DNA from: Gemmatimonadales bacterium
GTDB lineage: Bacteria > Gemmatimonadota > Gemmatimonadetes > Gemmatimonadales > GWC2-71-9
Direction of reading: 5' to 3'
Assembly (NCBI GenBank): GCA_037189525.1
Contig: JBBCJC010000001.1
Location: forward strand, 768,001 to 832,000
Length of the DNA stretch: 64,000 bases
Numbering within the stretch: the first letter of the stretch is position 1; the number at the start of each line of letters is the position of its first letter. The position numbers and the translations under genes were made by a program. Below, one piece after another: positions 9,090-18,535 of the stretch. Under the pieces are notes generated by a model. The model saw nothing but the letters and a program-made list of their open reading frames with translations, had not been told where the DNA came from and did no database searches.

Positions 9090-11228
9090 CTACTGGACCT
9101 TGTATCGCACCTTGACGCTGGCGTACTCCGTCCGATAGACGTTTTTTCGTCCTTCGATACCAGCCGGCGTCGTTGCGAAACCGCCGGCCAGATTGAGCTT
9201 CCACGAACCGCCGCCATCGAAGACCTGGCCGACCGAGCGCGTGTTGGTGGTTTCGGCCCCGCTGAACGTCTTCGTCAGAATGTTCTCACCCTTGTTGATC
9301 ACTTCCACGAGAAAGGTCGGATTACCTGCTCGCTTCGGAATCGAGATCTGCGCAGCCACAAAGGCGCCACCCGTCGTCGGCTCCTCGGCCACCGCAAAGC
9401 CCCCGCTCAGCCAGTCATCGATACTGATCGTGGCGGTGCCGGTCGCCACGACTTCCAGGACGACACCGGCAACGACGGAGACGACCTCGACCTTGACCTG
9501 ATCGCTGCCCGTCCCGGAGCCGTCGGCTTTGGCGGTGTATCGAACGGTCTTGTCCTCGAGCGGCGTGTTCTGGGCCAGGTCGATGCTGCCGCGATTACCT
9601 GTGTGGCTGTAGCGGTACATGAAGCCCGGGCCGTTGTACACGGGTTCTACGGACACGTCGAGATTAACGGCCCCGCCGATCGGAAGCGTATCGTTTGCAG
9701 GCGTCAGCTTGGCCTGGTAGTTGACCTTGACCTCGACGAACGACTTCGACTTGGCCCGCTCGATCTCGAAGGTGCGGGTCGTATCGCTGGAACCTTCGAA
9801 ACCGAATATGCCACCTTTATGGGTCCGCACCCACCGGTCGATCTTCTCGATCAGAGTGACTTCGATATCGTCCACCCGCGGCGGGGGATGATCGAAGACG
9901 GATCGTGCCGTATAGGTTGCCTGAGTTGCGCTATTGGCAATCAGCGTCCCAACATTGGCCGAGGACTGCCACTGGCCGATATAGTGAGTAGGAACGGTCT
10001 GCTCTTGCCCCTGCTTGTTGGTCGCCCGCACGCGGAAATTGGCAACCTGCCCCGCACCGATTTCGGCGCTGGTCGGCGTGAGATCGTAGGTCAGCTGCAA
10101 GTCGGCATCGATGTCGGCCTTGACGGTGACGATACGCTGCGCCTCGGTCGAGCCCGGTGTCAGCGACTCCGGATTGAGCAGCACGTCGACCGAGACGTCA
10201 TCGATTTTGCCGCTCATCTGATCGAGTACCGCGACGGTCGCGGTGTATTGAGCGTTGTCCGTCGTCGTCCACTGACCGGCGTTGACGCTGAGCGCGCCAT
10301 TCTGGCCCGACGTGCTCCACCGATAGCGCACCGGGAACGACTGCGTCGGTGGCACATTCATCCCCTCGCCCCGGGGAGTCAGCGCAACGTTGAACACCAC
10401 CGACCGGTGGGTACTGTTCACGCTGGCCGAGCCCGGCGCCATCGTCACTTCGGGATCCTCGACCCCGGCCCCGATGTCGCTGAAACTGGTCGTCTTTCCC
10501 GACATGACTTTCGCGGCCGTGTCGATCGCGAACGCCGTCAGCGTATCCCACTGCCCCGCGGAGAGATGGAGCAGCGCCAAATCGCCACTCATCACCCATT
10601 TGGGAAGCCTGGCAGGATCGTACTTGATTCTGACGGTCACCGGCTGGCTGAACGTGGTCCCGCTTGGTCCGAACGCATACATCGGTCCGATCGATCCGAA
10701 ATCCGTCGGCAGCGCCTGACGCGGCTGGGCCAGCGGGGTCGCTGTAATGGTGGTTTGGCCTGATAGCGCCCCGGCCGGAATGACGATTTCGACATTCCCG
10801 TCCGGAGTCCGAACCGTCCCACCGCCAGCCCCGACTACGGCGCCGGCGGCCACCGTGACCTGCGCCGTCCCGGACTGCCCTTCGCTGGTCGCCGTAATCG
10901 TGGCGGTCCCGACAGCAACGGCCGTGACCACACCACTGCTGGTGACGGTCGCGATCGGCTGCGCGCTGGTGGTCCAGGTCACGGTCCGGCCGGACAGGGT
11001 GTTTCCCGCGGCGTCTTTGACGGTGGCCGTCAGGGTCTGGGTCTGCTCCGGGACCAGGGTGATCGGACCCGGCGCAACCGCGACGCTGGCCACCGCAGCC
11101 GGAGGCGGCGGCGGGGGAGGGACGGGGGGAGGCGACGGCGGGTTGGGGGAGGTTCCACCCCCGCACGCCGAAAGGAAGACGCTTGCGGTGAGGGCCAGGG
11201 TAGTAACCAGAGCATCAGGGCGACGCAT
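9090..11228 (-). CDS. Ig-like (Big_2) domain surface lipoprotein with ZU5-like domain
   Basis: LSAC lipobox, poly-Pro linker, Big_2 pattern (VTWTTS...ATVTSSGVVTAVAVGTATITATSEG), IVIPAGAL...FGPSGTTFSQPV. Confidence 0.8.
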   Translation of the reverse strand: MRRPDALVTTLALTASVFLSACGGGTSPNPPSPPPVPPPPPPPAAVASVAVAPGPITLVPEQTQTLTATVKDAAGNTLSGRTVTWTTSAQPIATVTSSGVVTAVAVGTATITATSEGQSGTAQVTVAAGAVVGAGGGTVRTPDGNVEIVIPAGALSGQTTITATPLAQPRQALPTDFGSIGPMYAFGPSGTTFSQPVTVRIKYDPARLPKWVMSGDLALLHLSAGQWDTLTAFAIDTAAKVMSGKTTSFSDIGAGVEDPEVTMAPGSASVNSTHRSVVFNVALTPRGEGMNVPPTQSFPVRYRWSTSGQNGALSVNAGQWTTTDNAQYTATVAVLDQMSGKIDDVSVDVLLNPESLTPGSTEAQRIVTVKADIDADLQLTYDLTPTSAEIGAGQVANFRVRATNKQGQEQTVPTHYIGQWQSSANVGTLIANSATQATYTARSVFDHPPPRVDDIEVTLIEKIDRWVRTHKGGIFGFEGSSDTTRTFEIERAKSKSFVEVKVNYQAKLTPANDTLPIGGAVNLDVSVEPVYNGPGFMYRYSHTGNRGSIDLAQNTPLEDKTVRYTAKADGSGTGSDQVKVEVVSVVAGVVLEVVATGTATISIDDWLSGGFAVAEEPTTGGAFVAAQISIPKRAGNPTFLVEVINKGENILTKTFSGAETTNTRSVGQVFDGGGSWKLNLAGGFATTPAGIEGRKNVYRTEYASVKVRYKVQ

Positions 11229-11435
11229 GTTGTCCTCGCAGAAGAGACGGACGCCCCGAATCCAGCCGGGGCCTACTCGTCACGCGCAGAACATTCCGGA
11301 ACTGGCTCAAGGCTCCGAGGGCCTCGCCCCTCCCCGCACACACCCGGCTCGGGGTAGAGCCGAACCCGGATCCCAGACGCAACGGTCGCATCGCCGCGCG
11401 GTGTCCAACAGGCACTTGGACGCTCGAGACGACGC

Positions 11436-12443
11436 ATGCGAAATTCGACCCCCTGGATCTGGTGTCTGCTGCTGGGAACCGTTGCCGCGGTCCGCCAGCC
11501 GGCAGTCCGCCTGGTCACGGATCAAGCCGATGCCGCCCTCGCCATTCTCGACGCGAAGCGATCCGGTCGCGCGCCCGACGAGGCTCAGTGGCAGGCCCTG
11601 TTTGCTTCGGAGGGTTACCGCCGTCTCAGTTCCCGTGAAGCGGCCATGGGCCGCTCTTTTTCCGACAGTGTGTTTGCGGCCTTTCTCGGGAGAGATTCGC
11701 TGGCCGAGCGCGCCGGACTGCTGCGCCAGACCGTCGACACCTGGAAACGTGCCGATCTCACTCAGGCTCACGAGCGCGCCGCGCGCTACCTGCCTCGGGG
11801 TACGACCATTCGCGGCACCGTCTATCTGCTGATCAAGCCGCAACCCAACAGCTTCGTCTTCGAGCCCCGCACCAATCCCACCATCATGCTGTACGTGGAC
11901 CCGGCCATATCACGGGACAAGCTCGAGAACACCATTGCCCACGAACTCCACCACCTGGGATATGCCCAGGCCTGTCCGTCGGCATCGGCCGATCCCTCGA
12001 CTCCGGCAGGCCGTCTGGCACCATGGCTCGGCGCGTTCGGCGAAGGGGTGGCAATGCTGGCCGCCGCCGGGGGCCCGAACATCCATCCGCATCACGTGAG
12101 CGATTCGAGCGAACGCGCGGTCTGGGATGCCGATCTGCAAAACATCGGCACCGCATTCGCGGACCTGGAGCGGTTTTTCCTCGACGTGCTGGAGGAGCGG
12201 ATCGTCGATCCGGATTCGATCCGGACCGCTGCGATGGGGTTCTTTGGTGTGCAGGGACCGTGGTATACGGTGGGATGGCTAATGGCGAGGACCATTGAGG
12301 TCGCTTACGGTCGCGAGGCTCTCGTATCGACGCTGTGCCAACCCGCCGACCTGCTCCGCGCGTACGAGCGCGCAACCGCCACGAACTCCACGCTACCTCG
12401 CTGGTCCCGCGCCGTCATAGCGCGGTTGCCACGCAGCAGCTGA
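11436..12443 (+). CDS. Putative Zn-dependent protease (DUF5700-like)
   Basis: HELHH plus downstream EGVA; signal peptide. Confidence 0.75.
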   Translation: MRNSTPWIWCLLLGTVAAVRQPAVRLVTDQADAALAILDAKRSGRAPDEAQWQALFASEGYRRLSSREAAMGRSFSDSVFAAFLGRDSLAERAGLLRQTVDTWKRADLTQAHERAARYLPRGTTIRGTVYLLIKPQPNSFVFEPRTNPTIMLYVDPAISRDKLENTIAHELHHLGYAQACPSASADPSTPAGRLAPWLGAFGEGVAMLAAAGGPNIHPHHVSDSSERAVWDADLQNIGTAFADLERFFLDVLEERIVDPDSIRTAAMGFFGVQGPWYTVGWLMARTIEVAYGREALVSTLCQPADLLRAYERATATNSTLPRWSRAVIARLPRSS

Positions 12444-12478
12444 CGCCGTTGCGGCCCGCTCAGCCCAACAACTCCGGG

Positions 12479-12988
12479 TCAGATCGGTTTGAAGTGCTCG
12501 AACGGCTGGTGGCAGGCGTGACAGACGTGGATTGCTTTGCACGCGGTCGAACCGAACTCGCTCTCGCGGCGGGTATCCTTCGAGCCACAGAACGGGCAAG
12601 CCACGGTACGCGTCGGTCCGCCCAACGGCACCAGCTCGAGACCACCAGGCCCGACCGGCCCCGGGGGCGCAATGCCGTAGCTGCGCAGCTTTTCCCGCGC
12701 GTCGGCGGTAATCCAATCGGTGGTCCAGGGCGGCGTGAAGACGGTCTTGACGGTCACGGTCTCGAAGCCGTGCCGCTCGAGCGTCTCCGCGATGTCCCGC
12801 TCGATCACCTTGGTAGCCGGGCAGCCCGAATAAGTCGGCGTCACCAGCACCGTCACCCGATTGCCCTCGACCTCGGCGGAACGGACGATGCCGAGCTCGA
12901 CCACATCGATGACGGGTACCTCGGGATCCTTGACCTCGTGCAGGATCTCGAAGACCCGTTCGGCCTCGGCAGACCGGATCGCTACCAC
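12479..12988 (-). CDS. paaD: Phenylacetyl-CoA epoxidase subunit PaaD (PaaJ)
   Basis: DPEVP, TPTYSGCPA, WTTDW, CPFC...FGSTACKA...EPF-like C-terminus; GTG start overlaps paaC stop. Confidence 0.93.
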   Translation of the reverse strand: MVAIRSAEAERVFEILHEVKDPEVPVIDVVELGIVRSAEVEGNRVTVLVTPTYSGCPATKVIERDIAETLERHGFETVTVKTVFTPPWTTDWITADAREKLRSYGIAPPGPVGPGGLELVPLGGPTRTVACPFCGSKDTRRESEFGSTACKAIHVCHACHQPFEHFKPI

Positions 12989-13734
12989 GTGGCTCCCGGA
13001 TGCGAACGGGGCACGATCTGCATCTCGGCCAGGAGCCGGCCGAGCGATTCGGTATGCCGCCCCTTCCGGCCGCCGGTCATCCGCATTGGCGTTTCGGGAA
13101 TCGTAAGCCGCGCACGTTCGAGCACGTCGGCCACGACCGCACGCCACTCCGCCTTGAGATCGGGCCGGACCGGGAGACCAAGTTCGGCCTGCGCAGCCTG
13201 ATCGACGGCGTCGGTCGCGAACATCTCGTCGGTCCAGGGCCAGAGCGCGTCGACCGCTTCCTGGGCACGGCGGTGACTTTCCTCGGTCCCGTCGCCCAGG
13301 CGAACCACCCACTCACCCGCGTGACGGAGATGGTAGCGGTTTTCTTTCTGGGCCTTGGCGGCGATTCCGGCGAGTTCCTCGTGGGCCGCCTGCTTGAGCC
13401 ACTCGAACAGGAAGTGGGTCCACGCCGAGAAAAAGAGCTGGCGCACCATGGTAAAGGCGAAATCGCCGCGGGGCAGCTCCACCATCTGCAGGTTGCGGAA
13501 CTGGGTCTCGTCGCGCCAGTAGGCCAGCGCATCGGCGTCCCGGCCCTGACCTTCGACTCGGCCAGCCAGGTCGAGCAGCAGCTGGGCAGCACCGGTCAGG
13601 TCGAGGGCGATATTGGTGATCGCAATATCCTCTTCCAGGATCGGCCCGTGTCCGCACCACTCCGCATTGCGATGGCCCAGGATCAGGCGATCGTCGCCCA
13701 GGCGGAGGAGAAACTCGAAGAGAGGCGCCGACAC
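12982..13734 (-). CDS. paaC: Phenylacetyl-CoA epoxidase subunit PaaC
   Basis: LRLGDDRLILGHR, EEDIA, KENRYH, RLGDGTEES, HPGATW. Confidence 0.95.
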   Translation of the reverse strand: MSAPLFEFLLRLGDDRLILGHRNAEWCGHGPILEEDIAITNIALDLTGAAQLLLDLAGRVEGQGRDADALAYWRDETQFRNLQMVELPRGDFAFTMVRQLFFSAWTHFLFEWLKQAAHEELAGIAAKAQKENRYHLRHAGEWVVRLGDGTEESHRRAQEAVDALWPWTDEMFATDAVDQAAQAELGLPVRPDLKAEWRAVVADVLERARLTIPETPMRMTGGRKGRHTESLGRLLAEMQIVPRSHPGATW

Positions 13735-13735
13735 G

Positions 13736-14038
13736 TCAGACGCCTCGCACGCCGCGCGGGATCTTATAGAACTGCGGGTGCCGGTAGGCCTTGTCGTTAC
13801 CCGGATCGAAGAACGGCCCCGCATCGCTCGGCGCGGAGGCGATGATCGCCTGGCTGGGCACCACCCAGAGACTGACCGCTTCACCCCGCCGGGTGTAGAC
13901 GTCGCGCGCGTTCTGCAGCGCGATTTCCGCGTCGGGGGCATGCAGGCTGCCGGCGTGCTCGTGCGGCTTCCCGTTCGGCGGCTGGGTAAAGACCTCCCAG
14001 AGCGGCCACTCGTTGCGATCGGTCGTTTCGGTCGCCAT
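13736..14038 (-). CDS. paaB: Phenylacetyl-CoA epoxidase subunit PaaB
   Basis: WPLWEVF...HAGSLHAPD...ARDVYTRRGE...YRHP. Confidence 0.95.
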   Translation of the reverse strand: MATETTDRNEWPLWEVFTQPPNGKPHEHAGSLHAPDAEIALQNARDVYTRRGEAVSLWVVPSQAIIASAPSDAGPFFDPGNDKAYRHPQFYKIPRGVRGV

Positions 14039-14052
14039 GCTGTCCTCGTTCG

Positions 14053-15015
14053 TTAGGCGGCCTGGGTCGCGCTCTGCCGCTTGGCCGCATAGGCCAGCGC
14101 CGCATCGCGTACCCACTGCCCGTCTTCGTGCGCCTTCCGGCGCGCCGCGATCCGTTCCTGGTTGCAGGGCCCGTTCCCGGCCAGCACCTGCTTGAACTCC
14201 TCCCAGTCGATCGGACCGGTCAACCAGTCGCCCGAGGCTTCGTCGAAGCGCAACTCGGGATCGGGAATCGTGAGGTCGATGGCCTTGGCCTGGGGAATGG
14301 TCAGGTTGATGAACCGCTGGCGCAGTTCGTCGTTCCCCTTCTGCTTCACCTTCCAACGCAGCAGGTCGCCGCTGTTGGGCGAATCCTTGTCGTGCGGCCC
14401 GAACATCATCAGCGATGGCCACCACCAGCGATTGACCGAATCCTGCACCATCGCCTTCTGGGCCGGGGTGCCCCGGGCCAGGGTGGCGCAGATCTCGTAA
14501 CCCTGCCGCTTGTGGAAGTTCTCTTCTTTACAGATCCGGACCATGGCCCGGGCATAAGGCCCGTAGGACGCGTGGGCCAGCATGGTCTGGTTGACGATGG
14601 CCGCGCCGTCGACGAACCAGCCGATCACACCCATATCGGCCCAGCTCAGGGTCGGATAGTTGAAGATGCTGGAATATTTGGCGGTGCCGTAGAGGTACTG
14701 GTCGATCAGCTCGTCGCGGGAGGTGCCGAGGGTCTCGGTGCCGCAATAGATATAGAGGCCGTGGCCGGCTTCGTCCTGGACCTTGGCCAGGAGCGACATC
14801 TTCCGCCGGAGGCTGGGCGCCCGGGTAATCCAGTTGCCCTCCGGGAGCATCCCGACCACCTCGGAGTGGGCGTGCTGAGACATCATCCGGGTCAGCTGCC
14901 GGCGGTACTTCTCCGGCATCCAGTCCTTCGGTTCGATGGTTTCGCCCGCATCGATCCGGGCATCGAACTCGGCCTGCTTGACCGGATCCTCGGTGATCGT
15001 CTTATCGGTGGCCAT
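14053..15015 (-). CDS. paaA: Phenylacetyl-CoA epoxidase subunit PaaA
   Basis: [30 protein letters not shown] di-iron motifs. Confidence 0.97.
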   Translation of the reverse strand: MATDKTITEDPVKQAEFDARIDAGETIEPKDWMPEKYRRQLTRMMSQHAHSEVVGMLPEGNWITRAPSLRRKMSLLAKVQDEAGHGLYIYCGTETLGTSRDELIDQYLYGTAKYSSIFNYPTLSWADMGVIGWFVDGAAIVNQTMLAHASYGPYARAMVRICKEENFHKRQGYEICATLARGTPAQKAMVQDSVNRWWWPSLMMFGPHDKDSPNSGDLLRWKVKQKGNDELRQRFINLTIPQAKAIDLTIPDPELRFDEASGDWLTGPIDWEEFKQVLAGNGPCNQERIAARRKAHEDGQWVRDAALAYAAKRQSATQAA

Positions 15016-15039
15016 CTGATCCTCCCGCGTCCACGGACC

Positions 15040-15085
15040 CTAACAAGCGTTTGTGTAAATCTAGCCCCGGATCGCCAACCTGTCC
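15040..15085 (-). promoter_or_regulatory. paa promoter with TetR/PaaR-like operator
   Basis: Minus strand TGGACA-N17-TAGATT; immediately downstream CTAACAAGCGTTTG (15040-15053) fits CNAACNNNCGTTNG. Confidence 0.6.
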
Positions 15086-15147
15086 AAGGATCGCCTCCGC
15101 GGAGGGACTCCGGCCCTCGGGGGCGATCGCCGGCTCCAAAGTAGACC

Positions 15148-15320
15148 ACCAGGGTGACCCGCCGAAACACGGCCTTGTATGGCGCGCACTGTCGAAGCAG
15201 ATAGGTTATCGAGTCCCTCGTCACCCGACCTGCGGATAGCGGGCGCTGGCTGCACCGTACAGGAGAACCGCCATGAACCGCGCCATCCGCAATCTGTTGG
15301 CAACCACCGCCGTTGCAGCA
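15148..15320. repeat. Copy 1 of divergent-promoter repeat
   Basis: ATGGCGCGCACT...ATAGGTTATCGAGT...CCCG...GATAGCGGGCG; alignable with 18368-18480 and 18536-18586. Confidence 0.85.
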
Positions 15321-15872
15321 ACACCAGCCGGGCCGAATCGTCACCTGCAGTTCGACTGCGGCGCCGGACTCGTTGGCCAGCTTCCCGTCTTCTGGCCAAC
15401 GCTGCGCTGGGCCGCGGTTGCCAATACAGTCGTCTATACGGCAGATGATGCGGACCGATTCGTCATTTGGAACGCCGACACGCGAGATTCCAGCATCATT
15501 TCGGGGACAGCATTGCCTCGGCGGCCGAACCGGGACGCCGCTCTCGCGGTTACCGAAAGCATGGTTATCCATTCGCCGTCGCAACGATGCACTATGACGA
15601 AAGAAGACGTCCTGCGACAACGCGGCACAGCTGAGCGCATGCCTGTCATACGATCTATCAGGCTGGCACCGGATGGCGCGGTATGGGTTGCTCTCACAAC
15701 ACTTCCGGACGAACCGTCGTTCATCCGGGTCCATCGCCAGGGTACGACAGACACCATTATCGGAGGCACATTTCCAGACGTATTCCTGACCCCGAGCCGA
15801 TTTCTCGCCGAAACGATCGACTCGATCGGGCAAACCAGCCTGACCCTATGGGACTTGAGACGAACTCAATAA
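15273..15872 (+). pseudogene. Internally deleted paralog of the 18536-19657 beta-propeller lipoprotein
   Basis: N-terminal 17 aa and C-terminal ~180 aa align with the paralog; ~174 aa including the lipobox Cys are absent. Confidence 0.75.
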
Positions 15873-15998
15873 ACAAGCAATCAGGCTTACATCTTCAGCG
15901 CAGGCACCGGCGAGCAGATCAAAGGCACGGCTGGCTTCCCAAGCAGGAGTTGATCCTCCCGGGGATCGGCACGATGGCAGCTACGCTGGCAAGAAGCC

Positions 15999-16070
15999 AT
16001 GGCGCGCCGCTTCGAATGGCATAGGTTATAGAGTAGCACATCGCCGCCCGGTCCGCGGGTAGCGGGCGAC
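15999..16070. repeat. Copy 2 of divergent-promoter repeat
   Basis: ATGGCGCGC...CATAGGTTATAGAGT...CGCCCG...GTAGCGGGCG. Confidence 0.8.
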
Positions 16071-16104
16071 GGCCGTGCCCCCTTCGACGAAGGGATGGTA
16101 GGTA

Positions 16105-17040
16105 ATGCTCAGAATCTGGGGTTCTGCCGCTCGCATGGCCGTGTTCGTCGGGGTAGCCGGTTGCTGGGGTGATCAGCCAGCGGGTCCGGACGGCATCGAC
16201 CTCGCCTCGATCGTCACGCCCGAGGTCGCGCGGCAAATCGCGGACGGCCGGTTCACCCTCGGCGAACCAGTGGACGTCCTTCCCGTGCTGTCGGAGGCAA
16301 GCGCCAGACAACTCGCTCAGGTCTTGGGGCGACAGTTTGGTGCGCTCATACGATACGACCTCGAAGCTCAACACGAGGGGCCGATCGACTTCGCCAGGCT
16401 ACGGGCGTGCGGCCGCAGCTACTTCGCACGGAGCCCGTTCGATTCGATCCCCACCGACCGATCCGATCTCCGTTTCTACTTCGGTGCGTTCTGGATCGTC
16501 GGTCTCTGCGACGACGATCGGACAACCATAAGCGTTGCGGTCGCCGCGAATGCGACCGACCTTCGGATCGAGAACGGATGGGTTCATCCCGAACCGAACT
16601 CCCTCAAAATCGTCGGGGTCCCACCCGCCTGGAACGGAGCACTCCCCGTCGATCCCGAGCACGCGGCAAAATTCGTTACCGACCTGACATCGAGACGCGT
16701 AGCCGCCGTACCGGTGCTCTACGCACCCAATCCGCTGGATGCGTTCCCGCAGGGTGCGATCTGGGCGATCGAGCTGGATGATGATGTCGTCGTGCGGGGT
16801 ATCACGTCGTCGCAGACCGTCACGACGCCGCATGTGCTGGTATCCTCGATCAACGTGTCGGCGAATGCGATGCTCCGCGGCGGGGTCGCACTGTTCCTCG
16901 AACACCCCGACGCCCGGCGCAGCTTGGAGATCCCCGACGGCTGGGCCGATTCACCGGGATTCGTGCTTCAGGTACGGCGACAGGCCGTGCTGGACATCGA
17001 ACCGGCTACGATCGTGCGGAGCGGATCCAGCCAGCCGTGA
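16105..17040 (+). CDS. Hypothetical lipoprotein
   Basis: VAGC lipobox; 311-aa ORF with plausible composition; no family recognised. Confidence 0.7.
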   Translation: MLRIWGSAARMAVFVGVAGCWGDQPAGPDGIDLASIVTPEVARQIADGRFTLGEPVDVLPVLSEASARQLAQVLGRQFGALIRYDLEAQHEGPIDFARLRACGRSYFARSPFDSIPTDRSDLRFYFGAFWIVGLCDDDRTTISVAVAANATDLRIENGWVHPEPNSLKIVGVPPAWNGALPVDPEHAAKFVTDLTSRRVAAVPVLYAPNPLDAFPQGAIWAIELDDDVVVRGITSSQTVTTPHVLVSSINVSANAMLRGGVALFLEHPDARRSLEIPDGWADSPGFVLQVRRQAVLDIEPATIVRSGSSQP

Positions 17041-17161
17041 GGCGAATCGGGATCGCGGTCGTTCGCGCCGCCCTGGCCGGGTACAGATCGGATGCGCTTC
17101 GTGCATCGGAATCCCAATCCGTGTTCGAGATGAACGAGCGCGGCAACCCCAAGGGATGAGG

Positions 17162-18421
17162 TCAATCCGGTCCGATCAATCGATGGACTCGGACGTGCTC
17201 GGCCGCCGAGGTATCGATGTAGACACCGTATAGCCGATCACGCTGAACACGCTGCAGAGTGAATCCCGGCGGCATCGTGATGGTGCCGTACCAGGTATCG
17301 TCGGGCCCGAAGAGCCACCAGCGCTCCGACTCCGATGTGGGCTCGTCGAGCGCGACATGCGGCAGACCACCCGCCGCGAATGGATACTGAAGCACCCAGA
17401 GCCGGCCGAGTTCGTCGACCAGCGCGCGAACGAAGAACGGCTTGTGCCGAGGAACGGGATAGTCGGCCAGGGGTCGATAGACGATCGCTTCCTCAGGATG
17501 ACGTTCGAGGTACCTGCGGCGGCGATCCTCGTATGCAGACCGATCGGCGCCAGTCACCGGAGCGAACTCGGCATGCCATCGGATGACCCGTTCGAGGCCG
17601 CCGGTTGGTCCGAATACCTGGATTTCGGGACGATCACCGGCTCCGAAGTAGACCCGATCATCGAAAGCCGCCCACACTGGTCGACGGCCGAATGGGAGTC
17701 CTGCTCCTACTGCTCGGCCGAGCACCGTGATCCGGGACAGCTCGGGACCGAGAAACCGATGCACCGTGTCCCAAAGAGCCTCATGGCGTTTCCACCACCA
17801 GAGCACCGCACTCTCGGTGAACACGCCGGCTTGCGGCTCGCGCGCCTCCCGATCCTCGAGCAGAACGGACGCGCAATCGTGGGAAATGCCCTCGATCCCG
17901 CGCGCAGTCGATCCCGAAGGGCCAGCAATGGGATATCGCCCGACGAATACGCCTTCCGGGGCGAAGACCCCGATGGCGCGCCCCTGATCGACGACCAGCG
18001 TATCACCTCGGCATCGGTAGGTTCCCCACATCCCCTCGAACTCGCCCGGCCCTCGTCCCCGCCGTCCGATCGTGCCCAGCCGGCCCCCGGTCGAGTCAAA
18101 GATGACCAGACGGAAGGTCCCGTTGTCCTGTACGACGATCCGCCCATTACTGAGCGGCTGTACCGCTCCGACCACGCCCAACAGATGTGTCGTATCCTCC
18201 TGGTCTCGGCCGATATCGACGACCGGGGTCGACCCGACCGTCCATGCTTCGCCAGGTCCCCAGGATGGACGCTGCGCATATGTGATCCGTACGCCGGCAC
18301 TGTCCGAACGCGTGACCGCCAGCGACTCTACCGCCGAGCCACTGCAGCCGAGCACCATACCGGCCAACAGGGCGACCCCGCCGAAATACCGGCCCGTATG
18401 GCGCGCACTATCGAAACGCAT
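17162..18421 (-). CDS. 6-bladed beta-propeller lipoprotein
   Basis: VLGC lipobox, DSAGVRI, GRRGRGPGEF, VDELGRLWV. Confidence 0.8.
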   Translation of the reverse strand: MRFDSARHTGRYFGGVALLAGMVLGCSGSAVESLAVTRSDSAGVRITYAQRPSWGPGEAWTVGSTPVVDIGRDQEDTTHLLGVVGAVQPLSNGRIVVQDNGTFRLVIFDSTGGRLGTIGRRGRGPGEFEGMWGTYRCRGDTLVVDQGRAIGVFAPEGVFVGRYPIAGPSGSTARGIEGISHDCASVLLEDREAREPQAGVFTESAVLWWWKRHEALWDTVHRFLGPELSRITVLGRAVGAGLPFGRRPVWAAFDDRVYFGAGDRPEIQVFGPTGGLERVIRWHAEFAPVTGADRSAYEDRRRRYLERHPEEAIVYRPLADYPVPRHKPFFVRALVDELGRLWVLQYPFAAGGLPHVALDEPTSESERWWLFGPDDTWYGTITMPPGFTLQRVQRDRLYGVYIDTSAAEHVRVHRLIGPD

Positions 18422-18480
18422 AGGTTATAGAGTACCTCGTCGCCCGATTCTCGGATAGCGGGCGCTGACTGCGCCGTACA
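18368..18480. repeat. Copy 3 (intact) of divergent-promoter repeat
   Basis: Contains the start codon of 17162-18421 and lies upstream of 18536. Confidence 0.85.
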
Positions 18481-18535
18481 ACCGACGGATGGCAGTCAAA
18501 CGCGAGATTCCTTGCCAGCCATCTGGAGATCTGTC

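Noticed and set aside
15148..18480. Triple repeat as integron attC sites or IS ends
   Set aside because: No convincing RYYYAAC/GTTRRRY pairing, no integrase or transposase, and the repeat includes coding N-termini
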